A stretch of DNA of 64,000 nucleotides, taken from assembly GCF_028641065.1 (NCBI RefSeq), contig NC_073405.1:13640001-13704000 (forward strand). The letters are read 5' to 3'. The notes below the pieces were generated by a model, which worked only from the letters and a program-made list of their open reading frames with translations, ran no database searches and had not been told where the DNA came from. Both the position numbers and the translations under genes were made by a program. This DNA comes from Leucoraja erinacea (Eukaryota). This document shows, in pieces, positions 1 through 13,936 of the stretch. Numbering within the stretch: the first letter of the stretch is position 1; each line of letters opens with the position of its first letter.

Positions 1-1493
1 TCACTGCAACAGTGACACTATATTCCACACTGTTTATTTCTTTGTTGTACTACTTTTTGCACTCATGTGTTTTTTAACTTGCTTGGATAGCGTGCAAGGC
101 CATGTTTTTAAAATCAAAGATAGACACTAAAAGCTGGAGTATCTCAGTGGGACAGGCAGCATCTCTGGAGAGAAAGGAATGGGTGATGTAATGGTTTGAG
201 ACCCTTCTTCAGACTGAATCAATACCAGTGGCCTGGTTCCTATTGGTATTTTCTTGGTTAGCTTGCATAAATTAATATTGAATTGACTTTGTAACACAAA
301 TTCTGAGTCACATTAACCCAGGCTACCTCAGCAAACAAAAAGACACAAAGTACTGGAGTAACTCAGCATGTTGTTGCCTGACCCGCAGTTAATCCAGCAC
401 TTTGACTTTTTGTAAACAAGTAGCTGCGTTTTCTTGTGACTGCCTCAGCATAGTTATGGAAATGGCCTTTTGGTTTGCTGGTGCATGTTGGTGTTTTGCG
501 CCATCATCTTAATGACATCTGTTTACTGAGACAGCCATGGAAATATGGCTGCCTCAGACCATGTCCACAGTGCTGTCATGTCCAGTTGAAGAAACTGAGT
601 TATGAAAATGTAGCTTCAGCCACATGCCATAAGGTGTGAAGGTTAGTCTCTTGGGCTCATGACCAAACGCAGAATTCAGCATTGTTGAGATGAACAATGT
701 AAAATGTAAGCGATTGTGTCCTTTCCAATGCACTCAGAAACTAACAGATCAGAAGATCCCCTCAAATTCTTTATGTGCATTTTCTTGCGTAGAATATTTA
801 GATCATCTTAAAGGTTTTTATTTTAGATTCTGGTTCTCAAAGGATATTTTGTGGGAACATATCACGATGCAGTCTTAAAGTTACGTTGACCTTCACTGGT
901 CTAAAGCCAGCAAGGGAGTGACAGCTGGGCTGTTACGAAGCTGTTTGCCCAACCAGGGTTTTACTGTCTGTTCGGTGGGCTCCATTTTGTTTCAGTACCT
1001 GAGCCCTACCTCCCTTCACAAAATGAAGGCAATGTGTCTCAAACCAGTTTCAGCCGGCTGTTGCCATGGGTTCCACTGGGGCAATCAGGTGACACGGAAG
1101 GGAAATGCCTAAGTCACATGACAACCTTATACTCTCTCTTTCTCTCTCTGCCAATTAACATATAGGAAGTTTGTTCCCAGTCACTTAAATGAATGGATGC
1201 TGCCTGCTAGTTGATGGGTGGTGACAGCTCTGCCTTATTGATCGTCTTAAGCAGGATCTATAGGAGTGCAGAGGGAGCATCAGACAGATGCAACGATATT
1301 TACCAGTTCTGTTAACTCACTTAGCTGCAGATTTATGACTATGATGATTGATGATACGTGAGTTTTGGAAAAGTGCCTAGCCCAGAGTTTAACTTCCAAC
1401 TCGAGTAATTTCTTCTTTTTAAGAAATGAATAAAGGCTTCCCAGTTTGCAGAATGTCATATACATGGTTTGCAATGAAGAATAATGAGAAAGA

Positions 1494-1638
1494 TGAAATG
1501 TGTAGGAAGGAACTGCAGATGCTGGTTCAAACCGAAGATAGACGGTCTGAAGAAGGGTCTCGACCCGAAATGTCACCCATTCCTTCTCGCCAGAGATGCT
1601 GCCTGTCCCGCTGAGTTACTCCAGCTTTTGGGTCTATC
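1494..1638 (+). mobile_element. Penelope-pLTR-derived mini-element with hammerhead core
   Basis: 11-bp TSD aatgagaaaga at 1483-1493 and 1639-1649; ggt-CTGAAGA-agggtctcgaccc-GAAA-tgtc-acc. Confidence 0.8.
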
Positions 1639-2418
1639 AATGAGAAAGAGGAGGAGGCAGGCAGTCAGTTCTCTGTTCCCCAGTGATCTCAGACTGGGCT
1701 GCTGCTGCCTCTCTGAGTAAGAAGAGATTTGCACAGTTCTCAAACTGTATATTCAACTGGAAGTGAAACACAGCAAGAACAAAATTTATCTGATTTGGTA
1801 TCCCCACACTGCTCACCGTCTCTTCTCTCAGCCCCGTCTTCCATATCCACATTCCAACTCGATAAACTTGGCTGTACAACCCTTCTCTGGCCCCTTGCCC
1901 TGCAACCCTCCTCCCCAGCCCCTCGCCCTCAACCACAACTCTCCCACTGCCTCTGGCCCACACAATCCTCCTCCCAGCCCTCAAACACCCGCACTCCACC
2001 TCCTTTATAACTGCTTGGACCTCACCCACCCTCCCTATTCCCTTCTGATCCTTCCCCACACACTCCTGATACCCTCTGTGCACTCACCCCAGCCCACCGC
2101 CCTTACCGCCTGCTCCCCTCGTCTTGCTCCCACCCCCCTCCCTCTCGGCCCTCACTCCCCGTCCCCCTTCTATCCTCACAATACTCAGCCTTGTACCTCC
2201 ATTATCCCTCTGGATTTTGCCACCACCAACCCCCTCTGGGATCACCTGAGGTGCTGAGTTATATTTGAGAGGTGTTCTTGTGTGGATAAAATGGAGAAAT
2301 TGTCTAAGGATGGGTTTAGATGGATTCTCGCACTCTCGATGGATGAAATTTGTAAACATTGCCGGCCTTACCCAAAACCCTGTGTGCCCTGTTCAACCTG
2401 TAGTCCCCTCTCTTTCAG

Positions 2419-2545
2419 TGAAATGAAGAAGGTAAAGCGGCCCCTATCTCCGGACATCATTGTCCTCTCCGACAACGAACCCTCAAGTCCCAGGCTGAAC
2501 GGGCTCTCGAAGGAACTAAGAAGTGCAAACACGGATGATATTATG
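2419..2545 (+). CDS. GATAD2A: GATAD2A (p66-alpha, NuRD subunit), first coding exon inside the window
   Basis: tttcag acceptor, gtgagg donor; encodes EMKKVKRPLSPDIIVLSDNEPSSPRLNG...DIM, matching the p66-alpha SPDVIVLSDNE motif. Starts with a split codon, so the start exon lies upstream of the window. Confidence 0.9.
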
Positions 2546-4156
2546 GTGAGGCAGTGCGTCACTCGTCAGACCAGCAGCTTCAGAATATTTTTTTATTTAT
2601 GCAAGTCCATGATTAAGTGTAACATTTATCTTCAAAGTACTGATTGCATGCTGGGGAAATGAGATTGCTTTTTCAAAGGGCAGGCACAAATGATACCCTT
2701 CATCAGATTGGTCCATTTCAAAACAGTGTAGGAAGGAAGGAACTGTAGGTGCTGGTTTCAATCGAAGATAAACATAATTTTTCTCCTTCCTGCTTCCCAT
2801 TTGGGATTATATGTAATCTCACTGCCTATCCCTGAACGAATTTTGGGAATTCTGGACAGTTTTCCTTTGGCACCTATTGGGTTTTGTAGCAAATCTGAAC
2901 TCAGTGTTTAAGTGTTGATGGACCATTTATTTGTAGGTCTGATCTGATCTAAATCAAGTTGCTGTAATTTGTGTCAGCTTCCTTCGTTCAAGAAGGTGTG
3001 AAAACTGTTTCTCCCCTGCTGTGCTGACCGGACACAGAGAGCAGGCACCTGTGTACCCTAATAGCCTGGATGGTAGTGGATTTTTCCTCTTGGAAATGAC
3101 GTAATGGGGTCTGACACCTGTGAAGCTGAACCTTCCTTTGCACCCTCTTCCCCCCCCCCCCCCCCCCCCCGCGAATTAAGAATGTCTGTACAGTTTTCTA
3201 TGACTGCGTGGGTTTTCTCCGGGTGCTCCTGTTCCCTCCCACATTCCAAAGATGTACAGATTTGTAGGTTAATTGGCTTCTATAAATTGCAAATTGTCCC
3301 TAGTGTGTAGGATAATGCTCGTGTACGGGATGATCGCAGTCGAAGCGAACTCTGGCCGAAGGGCCTGTTTCCATGCTGTATCTCTAATATGGATGATGTC
3401 CTGTCTCTAATGGTAGCTGGAAGGAACTTTTGATCAGAAGCCGGATGCAGGTGGAGTCTGAAGAGAGGCAGAGTGATGCAGTGTTGGGCACACAATTCAA
3501 TATCCCACATTGGAACTCTTAACTCAAGATTAACAATCTCAACACATTTAATTTAAATTATATAAATTAAATATATCTGACATTGTACAAAGTTGATGTC
3601 CATGAGTCTGAAGAAGGCTCCCAATCTGAATCGTCACCTATCCGTGTTCTCCAGAGATGCTGCCTGACCCGCTGAGTTCCTACAGCACCTTGTGTCCATG
3701 AGGGTGAGCATGGAGCTCTGCTGATTCCAGACCCCCAACAATGTCATTATTGATGAGCTATCCCCTGAATGGCCCTTAAATGGCACTAAATGTTGATCAA
3801 CACCAACAACTCCCAAACAAGGGCTTTGGATTTTATTCCAGATCTCTATTAAATAACTTGTATTCCACAAGATGGATTTAAGAGATGTAACAATTCATGC
3901 TAGTGTTTCTAACTTGTGTGAAAAATTATTCAAGATTTCTGCTTCCTGTTACTTATTGGTGAACCTTGTGGTGTGAGTATTGTGCTCTGCGAAGCTCAAT
4001 CTCACTGTGGAGTGGGAAATGATGTTGAATTTTTTGACTTGCATTGACGAATGGGGTTTTTAGCAGACTGGCTAGTTCCTGTGAAACCGTCAGATAAGCA
4101 GGGTATCGGAAAATTGGCACGGATGTATTTCAGTAATATTGGTTCTTTCCTTTTAG

Positions 4157-4411
<255 letters not shown>

Positions 4412-7063
4412 TGAGAGGTGCATTTCCTCAGTAAAGATGTACACAGCATTCAGGAACATAGAGCTTGCTCTGTGTTGTTCAGATGCTTTCAAAGGAAACA
4501 AAGGTACATGACAGAAGGACAGTAGAAAATCCATCCATGGCAGATAGATTGGGAGGAAATTCATGGCCTGCAACATCAGCTCAGGCTGATGTTGAATGTG
4601 AGTGTGTTTTGTTATTTATTCTATGTTATGACTGCAAGGTTAAACCATTTTGTTTTACTGAAAAGTGCAATGACAATAAAGTTGAATCTAATCTAATCTA
4701 AATTATCTGAAGGGTCTCCTGTACAGAATTCATGTCGGATCACGGTGAGACCACCCCCTGCTCCTGTATTTAAGCAGTGGTATTGTCCCTCCATTTTGCT
4801 TCGTTACTGACAATTGATTTTGAAATTATTTTCTAGAATCTAAAATTAGTCTATTGCTTCGATTCTGATCTGTAATTCCAGCCTTCTTGTTAATAAGCAA
4901 ATTTTCCATTGTTCTCGAAAAAATTCTGGATGGTTTACAGTTTCAAGTGATTTCAGACACATTTCTGTGATGCTTACTACCAGTAAAACCTCTGCTGGAT
5001 CAAGTTTTGGAATTGACTATTGCATGTAAGGATGAGGTCAGATCTGTGAACCTTTATTTTGATGTGATTAACTGCCCTCTGGCGGCACAGTTGAGTAGCA
5101 CAGCCATGTTGTACCAATCAGGTCAGCACACTATCATTGTGCTGTGGAATGTGGTCATGTTGGCCCCTTCACTCTGTCCTGCTGATCAAATCACATCTGC
5201 CCCTCAGCTGTATTTGCCTGCCCTGATTCTGTAATCTTTGCTTAAATAAAGTTAAACCAATCAAAACTCATTTGTTTTAAAAACGGTAAAGGCATACCTT
5301 GGTTGCCTCATTCGTAGCAAAATGTGACCATCCACACAGATGTGAATGTTAGCTGTTTTTATCTGGGATGATGTATGAATGGGGGGGATATTGCAGTTGG
5401 CCTTGGTAATCAGACTTGGGGAAGGGGAAACTCTTGCCAAGTTGTCAGCATTGTACCCTCTTCAATGCAACATACTTGCAAAAACTCGGAATTTTTTTTG
5501 AAAATTGGAGGACAGCCGTGGGCTTGGTTGTAGCACTGCATAGCATGGCATCTCACATTGTGTCACAAAGAATGGCTGCTGCATGTGCCGTCCTCTACTC
5601 TTGGTCCCCCAGCAGGAGATATGCAGTGGGGTGGGAGAAAGTAATGAGAGGGAGCTCGAGGGAATTTCAACCCCCTGAAATCTTAGCAGAAGCTTGAATT
5701 TTGTCAATTTTATGATTGAGTGCTTGTTGTAAAAGCCCAGAGTTGGCTGCCTATTTAAATGGTTTTAAGTTGTCCATTTGTTTTCTTGCACTGCCGGCTA
5801 CTGCCTTATGAACCTTCCCCAGACTTGCTCAAGCTCCCATATGAAACGTTTGAAGAGGTATCTGGTTCTAAACACCAGCCTTTTAATTCAATTTAATGGC
5901 CTTGTTAATGTGAAAGATGCTTGGCATGAATTATGCAAACAGTACAAAAATTCTAACTTTTTAGCTAGTTTTTCCATGAATACTGCTTCCCTCTGTAATC
6001 TTAAGGCAGAGCGATCCTCTGTCATCTAAATGTCTAATGTGGAATTAATTCTGCAGGCAATTCTTCAAAATCGTTCTCTGTTCAGCTCCAAGGAGAGGAG
6101 AATTGCAACATATTGATGGAGGTGATCAAGTGAAGGAGGAACAACTTAGTTCATTATTATTTTCTCGGGAACCTTGTTGGATTGAGAAATTCACCATTCC
6201 GTCCTGATTTTGCATATAGCCCATTTTATTGTCAGATGAATGTAGGATGTAGCATCTGTAAGTGGCATGACCCTTGAAGTCTTTTGTGCTCATGTATGAA
6301 GGTGGTGTGGTGTGGGGGCGTGATAGTAGAATTGTTAATCAGGTCAGTGTTTTGGTGATATGGTCACGAGTTTCTCTTTTTTCTAAAATAAAAGAAAATG
6401 ATCAGGGGTAAAAATTCTTGAAGAAACGAGAGCACAAAGAATTTCATTGTTCTATCAGGGACACATGACAATAAACTCTCTTGAACTCTTGAACTTGATT
6501 TAATGGCAAATAATTTGTTCTTGGAGAAAGATCTCAGATTCGGAAAGTAAGTAAATTACCAACTAAGTCGGGCAAAGCAGATGTGTCCTCTCCATTTTGA
6601 GTCCTGGTTGAGGTGTTCCCCACCTTTCTCTGGTTCGCTATATGGTGGCTGAAAGGAAAATGGGGTGAACAAGTGTAACTCCTCGATTAAAATCTGTAGA
6701 TTGTGTGAGGGACTGTGTTCAGGACTGCTGTTCTTTCACCTTGGTGCCTGAGTTTGAATCGGGTCTCTGCATGAAGAAACTCTCAACAGTTCTCAGATAT
6801 GGTTCAGACTTGAGACTGTTGGGTGTCAGTGCAAGGAACCATAAAGATGGTATGAAGTGATGAAGGTCCGGGTAGACGGAATAAAGGTTGCTGCGATGGG
6901 AAGATGGATGTATTGCCTTTTCACAGCTGGCATGTCCTGATTGGCAGTCTTATTGGCTTGTGTGGTTTCAACAGAATATCTCTTCAAACGGGCAGTATTT
7001 TGCATTCCTTGTATTCCTCAGCTTTCTCATGTGTGTTTGTGCTTTCTAATATTCTCTTCCCAG

Positions 7064-7153
7064 CCTGCTGTCTCGACAGGCACTGCCATGGCCACCCCAC
7101 CCCCGCTGGTACGGGGAACGCTGCATGTTCCCACTGGCAAGCCCAACTTCCAG
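7064..7153 (+). CDS. GATAD2A: GATAD2A exon, first PPPLVRG repeat
   Basis: cccag/gtcagt boundaries, 90 bp; PAVSTGTAMATPPPLVRGTLHVPTGKPNFQ. Confidence 0.93.
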
Positions 7154-8499
7154 GTCAGTGTAGAACTCGGGCCTTGCCAGGTTTTGGGTTGAACATTGAA
7201 GGTGGCGGTTGGGTGGGGACGTGCTGTGAGAATACAGCAATCAAGGTAAACCCCTGCTGGCTGAAGGAGGTCAATGAGATAGTTGGGAGACAGGTTGACA
7301 GGACCAAGCTCACAATGGTCCGAGATCAGACATTGGCATTACCACAAAACCCCACTGCTGCTAGAGAAATCGTGGTGACACTGCAAGGCTGCAATTACAA
7401 GGCTGGAACAATAAAGTGGAAAGATGCATAATCATCAAAATCTGAAAACAGAATGGCAGCAATCATTAATCTTTCCTACGTGTGTATTGTAACCCGCAGG
7501 CACTGTGTTATCATGGAATTTCGTGTAATTCCAGTAAATTTGAGCAGTTTCGTGTATCATGCAGAATTATGCTGCTCTTTTCTAATCTTGCATTGTACAT
7601 TGAGAGTTCATTTAGCAATATCGTGGTGAGTGCAGGTGGTAATGCAGACTAACAGGGAGGATTATTTCAGGGATGATATGGAAATTAGCTTTAGTGGCAA
7701 CCGTAGATGTAATTTCTAACTAATATTTGGCATAGAAGTGACTTTCCTTGAGGGTTGATCTGAGAATATTGGCATTTCTTTCTTCGGCCCTGGAAAATGG
7801 GGAAATAGAATTCATCATGTGAATAAGTGCAATGGTAGAACAATGGTAGAAATTACATCTAGGTTAGCCACTGAAGTTAATCACCCCCGAAAGAATTCTC
7901 TAATTTGTGTTCTTGTTTATGCAATTATGCATCACTAATCTAACTTCTGCAGGAGAAAACAGATTAAAGTGGTGAAAAATTATCATTTGCGAATATTTCC
8001 TAAGCGTCGCATCTGTTTGATCTCTCTTTTTAATGTCGTGTGTTACTGAACTTGGTTTGTCAAGGTAAACAATAAGCGAGCCCGGTATTCCGACTGCGCA
8101 TGCCCAGATCATATGTCACTAACTATAAACAGTCTCGGCATTGGTGGTGCTGCATTGTGCGCAGGCTTGCGTTTCATCTGTGGTCGGGGTTGGGGTCAGC
8201 TCTCCGTCGCTGCGGCCGCTGTTGAGTTGCTGCTGGGATGTCCCCATCCCCTCCACAGTGTCTCGTCCCTGTCCTGAGGTATCCGTGGTGGCTCTGGACT
8301 GGCGGGGCGGCCCTGGACTTGCAGCCGGCCGGCCATGGGCAGTCCGGGCGCCCGCTGAAGCTGCTGGTGCTGTTGGTGGTGCTGGCGGCAGCAGCAACCT
8401 CCTCCCCCTCCCTTTCCCAGCCCCAAGCCCAGAGTACGGTCCAGCTCCAGGTCGGGGATGAAGGCTGCCCACCGCGTGGCCCAGTCGAGCTCCGGGCCG

Positions 8500-8660
8500 G
8501 ATGAGGCCGAGCCCAGGCTGGCGCTCTGGTGCAAGGGAGGGTGGGGCCCTCGCTCCTTGGTGTTGTGGATGAAGTGGCAGCGGATACCATAGGGGCAGAA
8601 CGTCTTGTACTTGGGGTGGTGGCTGAGGGAGTGCAGCTCGGCCAGGCCGTCGCCGTAGGG
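8500..8660 (-). pseudogene. ZFP36/TTP-family tandem CCCH zinc-finger gene fragment with internal deletions
   Basis: YGD-GLAELHSLSHHPKYKT-FCPYGIRCHFIHN-...PPLHQSASLG versus family pattern [48 protein letters not shown]...LxxSxSF; no upstream in-frame ATG. Confidence 0.8.
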
Positions 8661-10469
8661 GCCTATTGGGGAGTGGGTTCCTCTGGAGTTGGAGCGGGGT
8701 TGGGCTGGAGTTAGCGCTAGCTGTGAGTTCTCCGTGCCGTGCTGTGCTGTCTGTGGGTTCTCCGTGCTGTCTATGGGTTCTCCGTGCTGGCTGGAGGCCG
8801 GTGTCTTGTCAATCCAGACGTCTCCAACCGCCCCCCGAGCCGGGATGGGACACTCGAGTGTGGGGGGGGTGCGACCAGGGATGGTCCAGCAGCTGTTCAG
8901 CAGCACTTGCGGCGCCGGTGACACGGATTCGATATTGGCTGCGGATGAGGCACGGTTCTGCGGATGAGCACTTTGATTTTTATTGATAGCGTTCGACCTT
9001 TGACAAATCCCATGATTCCTTTCATTTTTCGGAATACCGAACTCGCATATACTGATAGGCAAGTAGGATATTCTTTTGGCCTAAAATTATTCCACAGGTG
9101 TTCAAAAGGCTTCATTTTCACTTTTAACAAGTCTTCCCTCAGTTTTAATGTCAAATGTTTTGCAACGGCGCCTTTTATACTTTCACCAAAACAATGATTT
9201 GTTTTCATTTTTAGTTTCTTACTGACTTTTTTCTTGCATTGCCTACATTTTATCTGGTATTGGTGGCAAGCGATGCTTGTGTCCATTGGTGTGCATCAGT
9301 TCATACATCAGCCCATCATTGTACCACAACCCTGCTAGACATCCATGGTTGTGGGTGAATCCCTGTCCCTGGAATGAAAAGCTTTATCAGTTGTAAGGCT
9401 TCAAGTAATGGCATTGTACGTCTCCAAAGTAAGTGCATAAGATGAAAAAATACATGTTTGAAGTGTTCATCTTCGGAAGTGGTATTTGAAGAGAGCGAAA
9501 CAGACCACTTCATGGCTCAATGATTCTTCTATTGGACGAGATTCAAAGGAAGCTTGTACGATGCAAAAATAGCATCACATGGCTATGTGCAGGTGTAGCA
9601 AATAAATACTAATACAAATAAACTGAGATACTGGTTTTTACCAAAGATAGAAACAAAATCCTGGAGTAACTCAGCGGGTCAGGTCCCATCCACCAATACA
9701 TCCAATTAGTTCAAATGGTAATTGTACCCGCATCATGACAGCTATAAGAAATTCTCTGTGAATACCTTCAGTAATTCTTGAAGGTCAAAACACAAATGGT
9801 GACACATCGTGTTTATAGAGACATTTAACAAGCGCTTAACAGTGGCACCCCCATTGTCTCGCAGAAAGCAGAGATTTTAATAGATTTTTTTTCACCGAAA
9901 ATCAGAATCCGAATTACAAAACATGGGGGGGGGGGGGCACGTGCCCCCCCCCCCCCCCGCGGGATTTCTGTCCATGGTGTCACCCTCTCATGTGGATACC
10001 AGTGATCCCAAGCGACTGTTGAAAGAAGAGCAATTCTCTTCCTGACCTGCTCAATCATTATTTCATAAATCCAGGAATTAGAATAAAGATCAGCCAATTG
10101 TTAGCCTTTCCGTGTAACTTTTGGGATCTTGCTGATCGTAATGCCCATCGAATATTAAAGCATTGCATTGCCTGTAAAAATGTGGGGGTAATGCATGGAT
10201 GTGTAAAATGCTAGATATCTTTAGCATTTTCCCCACGGAGATACAATGAGCAATACTGCAACTCCCAAACTAGAGCTGCAATTTCAAGTATCTTTAATTA
10301 GTGTTCTATTCCTCTCCACATGAACTCCATTAGATAAATCTTGACAGATTTTTGAGAGACAGTTGGATGAATGATTCAAAGGTATAAGAAGCATCTCAGA
10401 AGATGGGCAGGATTTAGACCCGTTACTGTACTATACCCTTCTATGAATTCTATGAACTTTTCTGCAAGT

Positions 10470-10562
10470 CTGAGGTAGACAAAAATGCTGGAGAAACTCA
10501 GCGGGTGAGGCAGCATCTATGGAGCGAAGGAATAGGTGATGTTTCGGGTCGAAGCCCGCCTC
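10470..10562 (-). mobile_element. Penelope-pLTR-derived mini-element
   Basis: 11-bp TSD tttctgcaagt at 10459-10469 and 10563-10573. Confidence 0.75.
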
Positions 10563-10751
10563 TTTCTGCAAGTTTGTATCTGCAGCATCCATATCCACTA
10601 TCATGCTGACTGCTTGCAAAACGTTCAGCTAGTTTAATTGGAGTTGCATTCATGGCTTGTACAGATCCTTCAATGTTTCTGATTTTAATATCTTCTCTCA
10701 AACTGAAGATGTAGGAAAGCCTGTAGTTCCTGGTTTCTGTCTCCCTCCTTT

Positions 10752-11123
10752 CATAGAAACATAGAAACATAGAAATTAGGTGCAGGAGTAGGCCATTCGG
10801 CCCTTCGAGCCTGCACCGCCATTTAATATGATCATGGCTGACCATCCAACTCAGTATCCCGTACCTGCCTTCTCTCCATACCCTCTGATCCCCTTAGCCA
10901 CAAGGGCCACAGCTAACTCCCTCTTAAATATAGCCAATGAACTGGCCTCAACTACCCTCTGTGGCAGAGAGTTCCAGAGATTCACCACTCTCTGTGTGAA
11001 AAAAGTTCTCCTCATCTCGGTTTTAAAGGATTTCCCCCTTATCCTTAAGCTGTGACCCCTTGTCCTGGACTTCCCCAACATCGGGAACAATCTTCCTGCA
11101 TCTAGCCTGTCCAACCCCTTAAG
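10752..11123 (-). mobile_element. CR1 LINE 3' end
   Basis: TRGHSLRI..FFTQRVVNLWNSLP C-terminal motif; (ttctatgt)n tail; nearly identical to the 14065-14400 copy. Confidence 0.9.
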
Positions 11124-11935
11124 AACATTAACAATTGAGTAATATTGTTTGCCATTTTACAGTTCAAGGGCACAACTCCTCGTAAGGGCTTTGGAAAATC
11201 CTGACTTAACGTTTCCTTATTCCTTCCTTTTAATACTCTGCAGTAGCATCTAGTAATTATCAGAAGTTTGTCTGTCTTAAGTTATATTGTTTACTATATT
11301 GTAGTATTTGTTCATCCTACACTTTGAATACCACTTTGAAAACTGTTCATCTATCAGTCAATGATTCCCTCATTGTTGAATGGCTGTTTTTACCTTACTG
11401 AAGCAGCAAGAACCAGGGGCATACATTCAGATTAAAGTGATATCCGTTTTCATATGCGATGAGAAATGCCTTCACTTATTCTGTCGGCTGTAATGCTGAA
11501 TTATTGCGTGTATTTAGGACAGCAGTAGATTCTTAGGTACAAAAACATCAAGATATAATGAAGAATGGAGAGAAAAACGCAGTTGGGATGGAAGACCCAA
11601 TGGAAGTCCCAATATCTTAATGGTGGAGTTATCTGGTGGGGCGTTGTGGATATCTCCTGATATTCCTTGCGTGAAGGTCTTTAGACTGGTGCATGAATGA
11701 ACTTGATGTGAGAAAGGTGCAGTAGCAGTTTGCTGGCATTCAGTGCCGAGCCTGTCGCCCAGTAATGACTCCTTGAGGGAAAGGTGCAGAGATTGAAAGG
11801 GGTCCATAAAAGGTCAATCCCGGTCAATGTCGGCACGGTGGAAAATATTGGCAGTGATATTGTGGGGAACGGCAGTATAGTCGTGTTGTTGTTGTAGTTA
11901 GAAGGTATTTCTAAATATGTGCTCATGTCTTGCAG

Positions 11936-12067
11936 GTAAACACCGCCCGTGCAGTGGGAACAGTAATCCCACCACCATTGGTTCGCGGTGTTCAACAAGG
12001 GACCTCAAAGGTTGGATCGCAGCAGAACCCACAGATTGTGATGCCACCATTAGTGAGAGGAAACCCA
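11936..12067 (+). CDS. GATAD2A: GATAD2A exon, PPPLVRG/MPPLVRG repeats
   Basis: ttgcag/gtaagt boundaries, 132 bp; VNTARAVGTVIPPPLVRGVQQGTSKVGSQQNPQIVMPPLVRGNP (translated by hand; absent from the ORF track). Confidence 0.92.
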
Positions 12068-13407
12068 GTAAGTATCTGACTACAGATTGAAAATATTGAG
12101 TTAAGATATAGTTGCCACTGAATGCACATTATGTGCAGGTAGATAATTATGTGCAAGTAGATAAGAGATGGTATTGGCATCATGTCCAGCACAGACATTG
12201 TGAGCCGAGAAGCCTGTCCTTGCACTGTACTGCTCTACGTTCTTTCACATCTTGCAGGGTCCAATGCAGAAATGGGTCCAGCAGCGAAGTTGGGAGATGA
12301 CGAACATGAATTTACATTGCAGTTTGTAATATCCTGACGAAAGCTGCCCCGTATTCAATGGATCACATAATCATACATTAAGGAAGTAGTGCCCATTCTG
12401 CATGCAGCAAATTGATAAGGGCACCAGTGAATCAAACCACAGCTTTATTTTAATAAATTGTTTGAGAACAACTTCACTTAGGAAATCAAAAGCAAATTAA
12501 AATTAAAAAAGATTGTGACTCGGGTAACCCTCAGAATGAGTTGAGCCAAAACCTTCGAGATGGGCCATGAATGTTGTCTTCCCAGAGTTATTTAATCCAC
12601 AAATTAACACTTTTTGAAAAAGTTAATTCAGATCCAGAGAGACCATGCAAGCACTAAACTGGTGGTGGTGTTTCGTAGATTTGTTCTCAATTCTCTGTGC
12701 ATGTTGATTAAGTCAAATAGCATAGCAGCATTTCAAAGTGATCATATCGGGATGTCATCCTTTCTAAACCCAGTGCTTGTTCATAAAGACACTAACCAAG
12801 CTTGGTGTCAATTTCCATACTCAACCTCCACTTTAACTGCTCGGAACAAAATTTCACCTCAATCAATCTCACTTTGTATAGTGACCGGCATCAGATGTCT
12901 ACAAAATGTGTCTAAATTGAGGAATGTGCCAGGTTAAAAATAGCATTATAAATTATGAACTTGATGTCATAAACTGCATGCTTATATTTTGGAAAATGAT
13001 CTGAAGTACATGCAGCAGCTATTCTAATATACTGTGTATAACCATAAAGATCTCATGGGTTCCTTAACATCAGCTGTGCATGTGTATTTAATATTTATGA
13101 ATGCAATGGGCGGGAGAAAAGTTCATCCTGCCAAGTACATCTGGCCATCCCCTATCTCACCCTCCTCTTTTTTGAATTTTGCATGATTTTCTTATAAACC
13201 ATATGGGGACTATGCATTTGTCAACATTACTGTACGGAACTGTGATCTCCCTCACTTTTTGACCTAGTTGCCTGTATCTGTTTGGCTGCGCTGTTTGGAA
13301 TGTACCTTGCATGAATTCTGAATAACCTCTCCGTTTTATTTCCTGCCTTGCTTTCATTTCACCCAACCCTGTCACACGTTCTGTCCATCTTTGCCCCATT
13401 CTATCAG

Positions 13408-13599
13408 CCGATGTCTGTTTCTCCCCAGCAAATTCACGCCATCAGACCACATGCCAGCACTGCCCCACCTCCTCTGATGCTGGCTCCCCGCGCATCAGTG
13501 CCCAGTGCGGTACAAATCCAGGGCCAGAGGGTTCTACAACAGGGACTGATCCGTGTGGCCAATGTCCCCAACACCAGCCTGCTCGTCAACATTCCACAG
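13408..13599 (+). CDS. GATAD2A: GATAD2A exon (alternative in-frame acceptor would start the exon at 13429)
   Basis: atcag acceptor, gtaagc donor; [32 protein letters not shown]...[19 protein letters not shown]. Confidence 0.92.
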
Positions 13600-13936
13600 G
13601 TAAGCTGCCAGTAGGGATCAGAATCCTGCAGACACCCATGCTGGAGTATGGGGAGGTGATGCAGAATATGGGCAGGAAGAAGAAGTAGGGGTGGAAGAGT
13701 TCATAATCTTTGAGGAAGAGTGAAATGAAGTGGGAGCTGGACTATACCTTTTGATTTTAATACAAACTCGACGAGATTACATACAATCACAATACAAACC
13801 TCAGAAATGTGAGAATTTTTATACTGAAGGCTGTTGTTTCTGTGGAATATTACAATTGTTTTCACGTGCTATTATTTCAATGAAACCAAGTATAGCATAC
13901 CTATGGTTCATAAAGTTCATTGAGTTGTACTAGCAT

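Noticed and set aside
1637-2257. Overlapping 148-164 aa ORFs
   Set aside because: They arise from C-rich low-complexity intronic DNA; no homology recognised
8196-9062. 288-aa ORF as a functional nested gene
   Set aside because: The track start is TTG, there is no ATG before the domain, and both CCCH fingers lack ligands; treated as a pseudogene fragment
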